A DNA stretch of 64,000 nucleotides from an uncultured Thermoplasmata archaeon (lineage in GTDB: Archaea; Thermoplasmatota; Thermoplasmata; Lutacidiplasmatales; UBA184), in the NCBI GenBank assembly GCA_963730815.1, contig CAVSTD010000011.1, forward strand, positions 41,168-105,167, written 5' to 3'. Of this stretch, positions 56,705 to 64,000 are shown in pieces. The notes below the pieces were generated by a model, which was not told the DNA's origin, made no database searches, and saw only the letters and a list, made by a program, of their open reading frames with translations. Position numbers and translations under genes: made by a program. Within the stretch, counting starts at the first letter, position 1, and the number at the start of each line of letters is the position of its first letter.

Positions 56705-57720
56705 CCGAGTTCCGCACCGACCCCATCACCGGGCGAAGCGTGATCGTCGTCCCGAGCCGGGCGGCCCGGCCCAACGAACATGCCGGAACGGCTCCCCCCG
56801 CTCCCGCGGTCGCGGATTGCCCCTTTTGCGAGGGCAACGAGTCGTGGACACCGGCCGAGCTGGCCGCCGTCGGACCGCCCGGCCGTCGCCCGAACGAGCG
56901 GGGCTGGTACGTACGCACCATTCCGAACAAGTTCCCCACCGTCGTGGCCACGGCACCTCCGACGGGTCCCCCGAATCCCGGAGTTGTTTTCGATGGACGT
57001 CCCGGATTCGGTTATCATGAGGTCGTGATCGAAAGCCCGACCCACACTCCGCTCTTGCCCTTCCTTCCGTCCGAGCAGATCCTCCGGGTCATTCGGATGT
57101 GCCGGGACCGTGTCCGTGACCTTTCTCAGCGTCCCCAAGTAGGCTCGGTCCATCTGTTCGAGAACGCCGGTCCAGATTCCGGAGGTTCGCTCTGGCACCC
57201 TCACTCCCAGCTGGTCGCGACCCCGGGTCTCTCTCCCTCCCTTCGGGAGGAATTGGAAGGAGCGGAGCGATACCGACAACGAACGGGCGGCGAATGCGCG
57301 TTCGAGGAGGTTTGCCGAGCGGAGGCGCGGGACGGCACCCGACTTCTGTTTGATTCGGGAGAGTTCGTCGCGTTCGCCCCGTTCGCCTCGGCGTACCCGT
57401 ACGAGGTCCGCCTCCTGCCGGCACATCACGCCCCCTCGTTCGCCGACGCCACCGACCGCGACCTCGAGGCTGTCTGCGAAGCTCTCCCCAACCTGCTCCA
57501 GGCCCTCCTCATGGTCGTCCCGGGAGCGTCGTACAATTTCGTGGTGCGCTCGCCCGTGGCGTCCGCCAAGACCTACGAACGGTACCACTGGCATCTCGAC
57601 CTGTATCCCCGCCTCGTTCGGCCGGACGGATTCGACCTCGGGTCCGGTTACCATGTGAACTCCGTGACCCCCGAGGACGCCGCGACCGCGCTTCGGGCTG
57701 CGCTGGGCGCGAAACGCTAA
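56701..57720 (+). CDS. Galactose-1-phosphate uridylyltransferase-like (GalT, HIT superfamily) nucleotidyltransferase
   Basis: 'CPFCEGNE' zinc-site motif, 'HPHSQLVA' (HxHxQ active site); ATGA overlap with the upstream gene. Confidence 0.75.
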   Translation: MTEFRTDPITGRSVIVVPSRAARPNEHAGTAPPAPAVADCPFCEGNESWTPAELAAVGPPGRRPNERGWYVRTIPNKFPTVVATAPPTGPPNPGVVFDGRPGFGYHEVVIESPTHTPLLPFLPSEQILRVIRMCRDRVRDLSQRPQVGSVHLFENAGPDSGGSLWHPHSQLVATPGLSPSLREELEGAERYRQRTGGECAFEEVCRAEARDGTRLLFDSGEFVAFAPFASAYPYEVRLLPAHHAPSFADATDRDLEAVCEALPNLLQALLMVVPGASYNFVVRSPVASAKTYERYHWHLDLYPRLVRPDGFDLGSGYHVNSVTPEDAATALRAALGAKR

Positions 57721-57745
57721 GGACCCAAGGGCGGTCCGCGCCCTC

Positions 57746-59509
57746 GTGGGCGAGCTGAGAGAGCCGATCGTCTCGTTGCTCGGGCACGTCGACCACGGGA
57801 AGACGACGCTGCTCGACCGGATCTCGGGAAGCGTTCGGGCCGCGAAAGAACCGGGCGGGATCACGCAGCACATCGGCGCGATCGAGGTCCCGGGTTCCAC
57901 CGTCCGGCGACTCTGCGAGGGGATCCTCCGCTCCGACCAGTTGCGAGTCCCCGGGCTCCTCTTCGTGGACACTCCGGGCCACCGTTCCTTCGAGACCCTG
58001 CGGCGGCGGGGCGGCGCGCTCGCGGACCTCGCGATCCTGGTAATCGACGCGCGCGAGGGGGTCATGCCGCAGACCCGCGAATCCGCCCAGATCCTTCGCC
58101 GGGAGAAGACTCCCTTCACGGTTGCACTCACCAAGATCGACCTGCTGGGGGGTTGGCGAAAGCCCCAGGGTCCGGTCCCGCTCCTCGAGCAGATCCGTCG
58201 CTCCGGACCCGAGTACCTGAAGCTCCTCGACCAGCGGGTCTACGCGGTCGCGGAAGAGCTCGACGGACTCGGGTTCAGCGCGGAACGATACGACCGCGTG
58301 AGCGATTTCACGCGGAACGTCGGGATCGTCCCGATCTCGTCGAAATCCGGAATCGGCGTCCCCGAACTGATCGCCCTCGTGGTCGGGCTCTCCCAACGGT
58401 TCCTCGAAGAGGAGCTCGAACTGATCACCGAGGGGGGAGAGGCGACGATCCTCGAACGTAGCGACCAGAAGGGGGTCGGCCCCGTCGGGAACGTGATCGT
58501 CTACCGGGGTCGCCTCAACGTCGGGGACGAGATCGTCGCGACCGGCCGAGAGGAACCGTTCGCGACCCGGATCCGGGGGATCTACCGACCAGTGCCCCTC
58601 AAGGAAGGTCGCGCGACCAAGCAGGTCCGCCTCGATTCCCTTTCGCAAGTGCACGCGGCCGCGGGCGTCTACCTCTCCGCCCCCGGAATCGAGGACGCGA
58701 TGCCCGGCGGTCTTCTCAAGGTGGTCCGAAACGAGGAGGACAAAACGAGGGTCCGAGAGGAGCTGGCGCGGGAAAGTCAGCCGGTGGCGGAGGTGGCGTT
58801 GACCGGGGTCGCGATCTACGCCGACACGCTCGGGGGACTCGAAGCGTTGGCGTTCGAATGTCGCGAGCGAGGCATCCCGGTGCACGAGGCCGGGGTCGGC
58901 CCCGTGGGCCGCCCGACGATCATGCGAATGGCCATTGTGAAGGACCCCACGCATCGCGCCGTGCTCGCGTTCGCGGTTCCAATCCTTCCCGACGCGATTC
59001 CCGAAGGCGAGACCGCCGCGGTGCGAGTGTTCCGGGCCGACGTGATGTACCGGCTCATCGAGGAATACGACACGTGGCGAACCGACCGCAAGCGAGAGCT
59101 CGAGGTCCAGCGGCGCCTCGAGCACGTCCATCCGGCCAAGCTCGAAATCCTTCCCGGATTCATCTTCCGGGCCTCGAAGCCGGCGATTGTCGGCATCAAG
59201 GTTCGCGGGGGGACGTTGCGCCCGGGCGTTCGGCTCATGCACCCGGACGGGACGGAGGTCGGGGTCCTGAAATCGCTACAGAAGGAGGGCGAGTCGGTCT
59301 CCGAGGCCGAGGAGAATGCCGAAGTGGCGGCGTCGATCGACGGGGCCGTGGTCGGTCGGAACCTGAAGGAAGGCGACTTGCTCCTCGTGTCGTTGACGGA
59401 GAGCGCCGCCCGCTCCCTTCGGGGCCAGCCGCTTTCCCCGTCCGAGCAGGCAATCTTGGACGAAATCATCCGTCTCCACCGGGCGAGCCAACCTTTCTGG
59501 GGCCAATAG
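57746..59509 (+). CDS. infB: Translation initiation factor aIF5B (IF2 homolog)
   Basis: 'PIVSLLGHVDHGKTTLLD', 'DTPGH', 'ALTKIDL' GTPase motifs; ~587 aa with C-terminal beta-barrel domains. Confidence 0.85.
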   Translation: MGELREPIVSLLGHVDHGKTTLLDRISGSVRAAKEPGGITQHIGAIEVPGSTVRRLCEGILRSDQLRVPGLLFVDTPGHRSFETLRRRGGALADLAILVIDAREGVMPQTRESAQILRREKTPFTVALTKIDLLGGWRKPQGPVPLLEQIRRSGPEYLKLLDQRVYAVAEELDGLGFSAERYDRVSDFTRNVGIVPISSKSGIGVPELIALVVGLSQRFLEEELELITEGGEATILERSDQKGVGPVGNVIVYRGRLNVGDEIVATGREEPFATRIRGIYRPVPLKEGRATKQVRLDSLSQVHAAAGVYLSAPGIEDAMPGGLLKVVRNEEDKTRVREELARESQPVAEVALTGVAIYADTLGGLEALAFECRERGIPVHEAGVGPVGRPTIMRMAIVKDPTHRAVLAFAVPILPDAIPEGETAAVRVFRADVMYRLIEEYDTWRTDRKRELEVQRRLEHVHPAKLEILPGFIFRASKPAIVGIKVRGGTLRPGVRLMHPDGTEVGVLKSLQKEGESVSEAEENAEVAASIDGAVVGRNLKEGDLLLVSLTESAARSLRGQPLSPSEQAILDEIIRLHRASQPFWGQ

Positions 59510-59531
59510 TCGGGCCGGCTCGAGCCGAGGC

Positions 59532-60170
59532 TCAGGGCGAGTCTTCCGAGGATTCTAATTCGGGGTCGTCGGGAGGCAGGCTCGGGTGGCGGATGGCCAC
59601 GGGCCCGGCGTTGGGGTCGCGATATACCCCCGTCGGGAGATAGAGTCCCAAAAAGAGCGCGATGCCCCCGATCGTGATCAGCACGATCCCGCCGGCGGCG
59701 ATGAGCCCCCAACTCCAGGCCGGCACCGGCGACGCCGGGGTGTACGACACGGAAATAACGGCGGAGAATCGCAGGTCGTTATTTCCGGAATTGGTGACGA
59801 TCAGAAGAAAGGCCGACCCAGAGGCCGAGGAGACGGTCCCTTGGCCCTGCTCGGCGGCCGTCCAGTTGATCAGCGGGCTGCCGGTCGGACAGAACCCGCC
59901 CGGAGCCGTGCAGGTGGTCGTGGGCCACAGGGCCACGCCGGCCGGTCCGGTGGAGGTCCATGAGACCGAGACCGACCCCGATCCCCCAATCGGCCCTGGA
60001 ACGATCCAGTCCTGGGAGGAGCTCGGCGACAAGTTCGGGTCTTGCGGGCGGAACTGGGCCGTCGTGGTCGAACCGCCGGAGAGGATGAACAAAGTGAGGA
60101 CCAGACCGGCGCCGAGCAGGACGAGAACGACGCCAATGACCACCAATCCGGTTCGCACGTCCGGGCCCAA
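59532..60170 (-). CDS. Membrane protein with N- and C-terminal TM helices and a Ser/Thr/Gly-rich extracytoplasmic domain
   Basis: 'GLVVIGVVLVLLGAGLVLTLFIL' and 'GLIAAGGIVLITIGGIALFLGLYL' TM segments; acidic C-terminal tail. Confidence 0.45.
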   Translation of the reverse strand: MGPDVRTGLVVIGVVLVLLGAGLVLTLFILSGGSTTTAQFRPQDPNLSPSSSQDWIVPGPIGGSGSVSVSWTSTGPAGVALWPTTTCTAPGGFCPTGSPLINWTAAEQGQGTVSSASGSAFLLIVTNSGNNDLRFSAVISVSYTPASPVPAWSWGLIAAGGIVLITIGGIALFLGLYLPTGVYRDPNAGPVAIRHPSLPPDDPELESSEDSP

Positions 60171-60229
60171 GGGAGACCTCCCAATAGACTTGCGGGGCGA
60201 TTCGGCTTTTGTCAGGCCCCGGTGAGACG

Positions 60230-60239
60230 CGTATATACT
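60230..60239 (+). promoter_or_regulatory. TATA box for a leaderless tfb transcript
   Basis: 'TATATAC' ~25 nt upstream of the tfb GTG (60262). Confidence 0.4.
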
Positions 60240-60261
60240 ACCCGGGGTTCCATGTTAGAGT

Positions 60262-61218
60262 GTGACAGACGCCGGGGACCGGGTCCCCGCCCGGGACGAG
60301 GCGCCGCCGGCCTGCCCCCTGTGCGGCAGCACTCACCGGATCGTTGACCCGGTGCTCGCGGAGACCCACTGTTCCGAGTGCGGCCTGGTCTTCGACGGTA
60401 CCCCCATCGTCGCGACCGCACCGGCGCCGGCGGAGGCGACCGGGTCCGAGGGAAGCGGCCGGGGGATCGGTCCGTTCGTCCGTCCGGGCGGGACCAAGCG
60501 CGCGCTCGGTTCTACCCTATCGCTCGCTCGCGATGGGCAGGGGAAGCGGCTCGATTGGCACCGTCGCTACGAATTCCAGCACCTCAAGCGCGTGATGCAA
60601 CGGCAGACCTCAAGGACGGTTGACGGCCCACTCGACCGAAGCGCTGCCCGAGGCGAGATCCAAACGGCGGGCGAATCGATGGGATTGCCGGCTGTCGTCT
60701 TGGCGGAGGCGGAGCACGTGTACCGAGAGGCCAAGGTCCGAGGTTTGTTCCGGGGCCGGAGCTTGCCCGCGAGCGTGGGGGCGTGCATCTACGCGGCGTG
60801 CCGGCGCTACTCCATCCCTCGGACTCTCGGCGAGGTCGCCCAAGCGGTCGGGACGCGTCGCTCCGACGTAGGCCGAACCTTCAAGGTCGTCCAGCGCGGC
60901 GCCGGACTCCCGATTCCCGGAGTCGGCACCAAGGCGTTCCTGACCCGCTATGCCCAGGAGCTCGCCCTGTCCCCCCGGGTCCGTTCCACGGTCGAGACGA
61001 TGCTCGACCAGGCGCGCGAAGACCCGGAGCTTTCCGGGCTAAGCCCCCACGGTCTTGTGGCAGCGTTGATCTACCTCGCGGCCGAACAGAACGGAGAGCA
61101 CCGCTCCCGAGCCCAGGTCGCCCGGGTCAGCACGGTCACCGAGGTGACCCTGCGTTCCACCAGCCGTCTCGTCGAGAAGGTATGGGGCCGCGCGGGCGCC
61201 CCCCACGAATCGCCGTAA
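60262..61218 (+). CDS. tfb: Transcription initiation factor IIB (TFB)
   Basis: N-terminal Zn ribbon 'CPLCGSTHRIVDPVLAETHCSECGLVFD', B-finger/linker and two cyclin-fold repeats ('RSLPASVGACIYAACRRYSIPRTLGEVA', 'GLVAALIYLAAEQNGEHRSRAQVA'). Confidence 0.9.
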   Translation: MTDAGDRVPARDEAPPACPLCGSTHRIVDPVLAETHCSECGLVFDGTPIVATAPAPAEATGSEGSGRGIGPFVRPGGTKRALGSTLSLARDGQGKRLDWHRRYEFQHLKRVMQRQTSRTVDGPLDRSAARGEIQTAGESMGLPAVVLAEAEHVYREAKVRGLFRGRSLPASVGACIYAACRRYSIPRTLGEVAQAVGTRRSDVGRTFKVVQRGAGLPIPGVGTKAFLTRYAQELALSPRVRSTVETMLDQAREDPELSGLSPHGLVAALIYLAAEQNGEHRSRAQVARVSTVTEVTLRSTSRLVEKVWGRAGAPHESP

Positions 61219-61222
61219 GTGG

Positions 61223-61480
61223 CTATTTCACGAGATAGTAGCCCGCCGCCTTCTCGCGGACTTTCCGTCGAGCCCAGCCCTTGGATTGGAGCTCCTGCAG
61301 CGCGTTCATGACCATCGTCTTGGGCAGTTTGGCGGATTGCGTGACCCGCTCGGCGGTCCCCATCTTCTCTTCCGAGAGCCAGGCGAGGTCTTTCATCGTC
61401 TTGTAGACCTTGACCGCGTTGGGTGAAACTTCATCCTCGATCCCCATCGAATCCCTCTTCTCTCGCGGACCCCGGGACAC
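61223..61480 (-). CDS. Small winged-helix DNA-binding protein (start possibly at the internal ATG, 61447)
   Basis: 85 aa, 'PNAVKVYKTMKDLAWLSEEKMGTAERVTQSAKLPKTMVMNALQELQSKGWARRK' wHTH pattern. Confidence 0.45.
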   Translation of the reverse strand: MSRGPREKRDSMGIEDEVSPNAVKVYKTMKDLAWLSEEKMGTAERVTQSAKLPKTMVMNALQELQSKGWARRKVREKAAGYYLVK

Positions 61481-61662
61481 TCATAATGATGGCGGCCGCA
61501 CGGAGCGTGGCCTCCGATGGCTTATTTCGCGACCCCGTCTCCCGAGGGCCGAATGTCATTACTCGACCGCCTCCTAAGCTTCCCCCGGCGTGTCGTTCCG
61601 GCCCGTACTTCCTCCCGCTCTACTCGCGGAATACGTTCCACCCGATCGGGCGGGGATGAAGC

Positions 61663-62811
61663 ATGACGACGGCGCGCGCGCACGCCTTCTGGTCGGACCG
61701 GTTCCTCGATTACGACTTCGGCCCGTTCCACCCGTTCTCCGAGCGCAGCCGGGGCCTCGCGACCCGGCTGCTCCAAGCAGCCGTATCGACCGCACATTCC
61801 GGATCTCTTGCCTGGACCCATTCGGTCGAGGTGGCGAGTCGTTCGACCCTGGAGTCGTTCCATCGGGCTGAGTACGTGGATTTCGTCCAGACTGCGAGCG
61901 GTCTCGATAGGCAGGTCCTGCTCGACGCCGGCGACACTCCTTCCTTCGGCGGATGTTTTGAGGCCGCGGCGAGGCTCGTGCAGGGCGCCGTAGACGCCCT
62001 CGACTTCACGATCGAGCATCGACGTCCCGCCTTCCATCCGGGAGGCGGCCTTCATCACGCCCATCCCGGCCGCGCCAGCGGATTCTGTATCTTCAACGAC
62101 GTCGCGGTCGCCGTGGCCCGAGGTCTGCGTCACCGTCATCGCGTGGCGTACGTCGACATCGACGCGCACCACGGGGACGGCGTGATGTATGGTTTCTACG
62201 AATCCGGTCGCGTCCTCGACATCGATTTCCATCAGGACGGCCGCACGCTGTTTCCGGGCACGGGCTTCCCGCACGAGGTCGGTCGCGAGGACGGCGCCGG
62301 GTTGAAGGCGAACATCCCGCTCCCACCAGGGGCCGGAGACGAGGCCCTCCTGCCGATCTTCCGTCGGGTCGTGCCACCGCTCCTTCGATGGTTCCGGCCG
62401 AACGTCATCGTGCTGCAACACGGAGTCGACGGCCACTTTGGCGACGAACTCGCTCGCCTCCAATATTCCCCTGCCGCCTACGCGGAGATCGATCGGACGA
62501 TCCTCTCATTGGCCGAGGAGCTGACCGACGGCCGGCTCCTCGTGACCGGAGGGGGCGGATATCGCCCCGAGTCGGTGAGCCGAGTTCTCGCCCGGACCGG
62601 GTTGATCCTCGCCGGAGTCCCGGTCCCGGCGGGTCGGGCAGCCCTTCCGGCGGCCTGGCAAAAGGAATTCCATGACACCTTCGGAATCGACGCTCCGAAG
62701 ACCTGGGAGGACTCCCCCGCGCTCGACCCTTCTCCCTGGACGGTCGAAGACGAGAGAAGCCTGATCGGACAGCTCGAGGCCAAGCTCGGCGAGCGATTCC
62801 CGGCTCCCTAG
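61663..62811 (+). CDS. Histone deacetylase family protein (class I/II HDAC / AcuC-like)
   Basis: 'FHPGGGLHHAHPGRASGFCIFNDVAVAV', 'YVDIDAHHGDGV', 'GGGGY' catalytic motifs. Confidence 0.85.
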   Translation: MTTARAHAFWSDRFLDYDFGPFHPFSERSRGLATRLLQAAVSTAHSGSLAWTHSVEVASRSTLESFHRAEYVDFVQTASGLDRQVLLDAGDTPSFGGCFEAAARLVQGAVDALDFTIEHRRPAFHPGGGLHHAHPGRASGFCIFNDVAVAVARGLRHRHRVAYVDIDAHHGDGVMYGFYESGRVLDIDFHQDGRTLFPGTGFPHEVGREDGAGLKANIPLPPGAGDEALLPIFRRVVPPLLRWFRPNVIVLQHGVDGHFGDELARLQYSPAAYAEIDRTILSLAEELTDGRLLVTGGGGYRPESVSRVLARTGLILAGVPVPAGRAALPAAWQKEFHDTFGIDAPKTWEDSPALDPSPWTVEDERSLIGQLEAKLGERFPAP

Positions 62812-63875
62812 AGACGCGTTCCCCACGTGGGGCGGTCGAGCCAGTCCTGGTCGGTGCTGCGGATCCCGAGCTCGATGTCCGCGACGGAAAGTCTCGCCCC
62901 ATCCTCCCCCCGCAACTTTGCGCGAATGGCCCCCCGAGCAAGCACGTCGGACCCGATCGAATGCAGGTCGTCGAGCGCCGCGTCGACCACGGTACCCTCA
63001 CCGCCCGACAGCATCTCTAACTGAACGGCCCCGAGGAAGCTGTCGCGGGCCAGCCAGTATTGTAGGTAACCCGACAGCAAGGCTTCGGCGTTGCCGTCGA
63101 GGGCGGGCGGTCGGTCGGGCGGGACCACGTGCCCGACCGGACTCGAGCCTCCCTCGGCCGAAAGCTCGAGCACTTCCCAGGCGCCGAGGCCTTGGGCCAG
63201 GGCAACGGGTCCGGCGCGTCCGTCGTAGTACATCGGAAGGAATTCGAGGCCGCCGTCCGCTTCCGGGGGAACGTCGGGAGAATATTCTCCCAGTCGCGGG
63301 ATCAGGTTACGAGCGGATAGGTCCCGTCGGACCCGATCTTCCTCGACCCATCGACACTGCGTCTCGAGCTCTCTCATAACTCGTCTCCGCCTTCGTCCGG
63401 CCTCGGTGAGAGTCCGACCGACCGCTGGGGTGACCCGCTGGCGCACCGACGAAAGTTCCGCTTCGAGTCCCGAGAAAGACCGCGGCCGGTCGGTGGCGGC
63501 GAACGACGGTAGCGTCTGAAGGGAGAGCCCGGGGCAGGAGAGCACCACGGTCGCTTGCAGTCGGATCCCAGCGTGAACCGAGATCGGGAACTCGCGGCAG
63601 GGGGCCGGGCGGGCACGGTGGACCCCGCAACGCAGGTCGTTCAGGAACTGGCAGGCACCGCCGTCCGGCCGAGCGGCCAACCGTCGTTCCTTGTCAACGG
63701 AGAGGATCGAAACCTCCGGCGCTAAAGCGCGGATACGCGGTTCATCGTCTCGGTCGAGTCGAGGGGAAGTGAAACAACACAGACCGCACCCCGGGAGACA
63801 GGCGAAGGAGAATCCAGAAAGCAGGGTGAGATCCAGCTCGGTTGGGGCGGACTCTGAGGGCTTCACGGAATCCAT
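62808..63875 (-). CDS. YkgJ-family Cys-cluster (putative Fe-S/Zn) protein
   Basis: 'CLPGCGLCCFTSP' and 'GACQFLNDLRCGVHRARPAPCREFP' (CxxCxxCC...C...C signature of UPF0153/YkgJ). Confidence 0.6.
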   Translation of the reverse strand: MDSVKPSESAPTELDLTLLSGFSFACLPGCGLCCFTSPRLDRDDEPRIRALAPEVSILSVDKERRLAARPDGGACQFLNDLRCGVHRARPAPCREFPISVHAGIRLQATVVLSCPGLSLQTLPSFAATDRPRSFSGLEAELSSVRQRVTPAVGRTLTEAGRRRRRVMRELETQCRWVEEDRVRRDLSARNLIPRLGEYSPDVPPEADGGLEFLPMYYDGRAGPVALAQGLGAWEVLELSAEGGSSPVGHVVPPDRPPALDGNAEALLSGYLQYWLARDSFLGAVQLEMLSGGEGTVVDAALDDLHSIGSDVLARGAIRAKLRGEDGARLSVADIELGIRSTDQDWLDRPTWGTRL

Positions 63876-64000
63876 CGATCACCGACCACCGATTTGAGGA
63901 CGCCTCCGGAGCCGGGACGGCGAGGGACGCGGCCGCGTTCTCATAAACTTCGCGAGGTTGGCCGGACTATGGTGCTCCTGGCCAAGAACATCATGGACGC

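Noticed and set aside
1-64000. CRISPR arrays, rRNA, tRNA, IS/transposase or integrase genes
   Set aside because: No regularly spaced direct repeats, no transposase/integrase-like ORFs, and no convincing cloverleaf candidates were found by manual scanning; a covariance-model scan would be needed to be certain for small RNAs.

Overview
This 64-kb window is a high-GC (~68%) archaeal chromosome segment that is almost entirely coding (~58 protein genes, no rRNA/tRNA/CRISPR detected by eye). It is clearly archaeal: a thermosome with a GGM-repeat tail, TFB, aIF5B, an smc-scpA-scpB condensin operon, G1P dehydrogenase (egsA), archaeosine QueE, TruD, two-subunit glycine dehydrogenase, adjacent IMPase and NadK, KaiC-like ATPases and an archaeal-type LeuRS. 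Housekeeping genes dominate the window. Lipid and cell-envelope genes are egsA and uppS. A surface/glycosylation island at about 18.6-26.2 kb contains an ArsR-like regulator, a surface protein with a C-terminal anchor, a GT2 fused to a nucleotidyltransferase-fold domain, a barrel-domain + SAM-MTase fusion, another GT2 and a WNGTSW-repeat propeller glycoprotein. An accessory block at 44-51 kb holds a JAMM/MPN protease, a B12-binding radical SAM, a small Zn-ribbon ORF, an HTH-CBS regulator, a DmpA aminopeptidase, an HExxH zincin-like protein and an MFS transporter. A plus-strand array at 51-59.5 kb runs truD, a degenerate + canonical KaiC-like ATPase pair, dinB, an AP-superfamily enzyme, a GalT-like enzyme and aIF5B. 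A key technical observation is that at least six single-nucleotide frameshifts, mostly at G/C homopolymers, interrupt egsA (twice), smc, nadK, one KaiC-like gene and the AP-family gene. This pattern argues for assembly/sequencing indel errors rather than true pseudogenes. Several tight ATGA/GTGA gene overlaps, strong archaeal TATA boxes placed for leaderless transcripts, and two unusually long non-coding regions with direct repeats are also noted.
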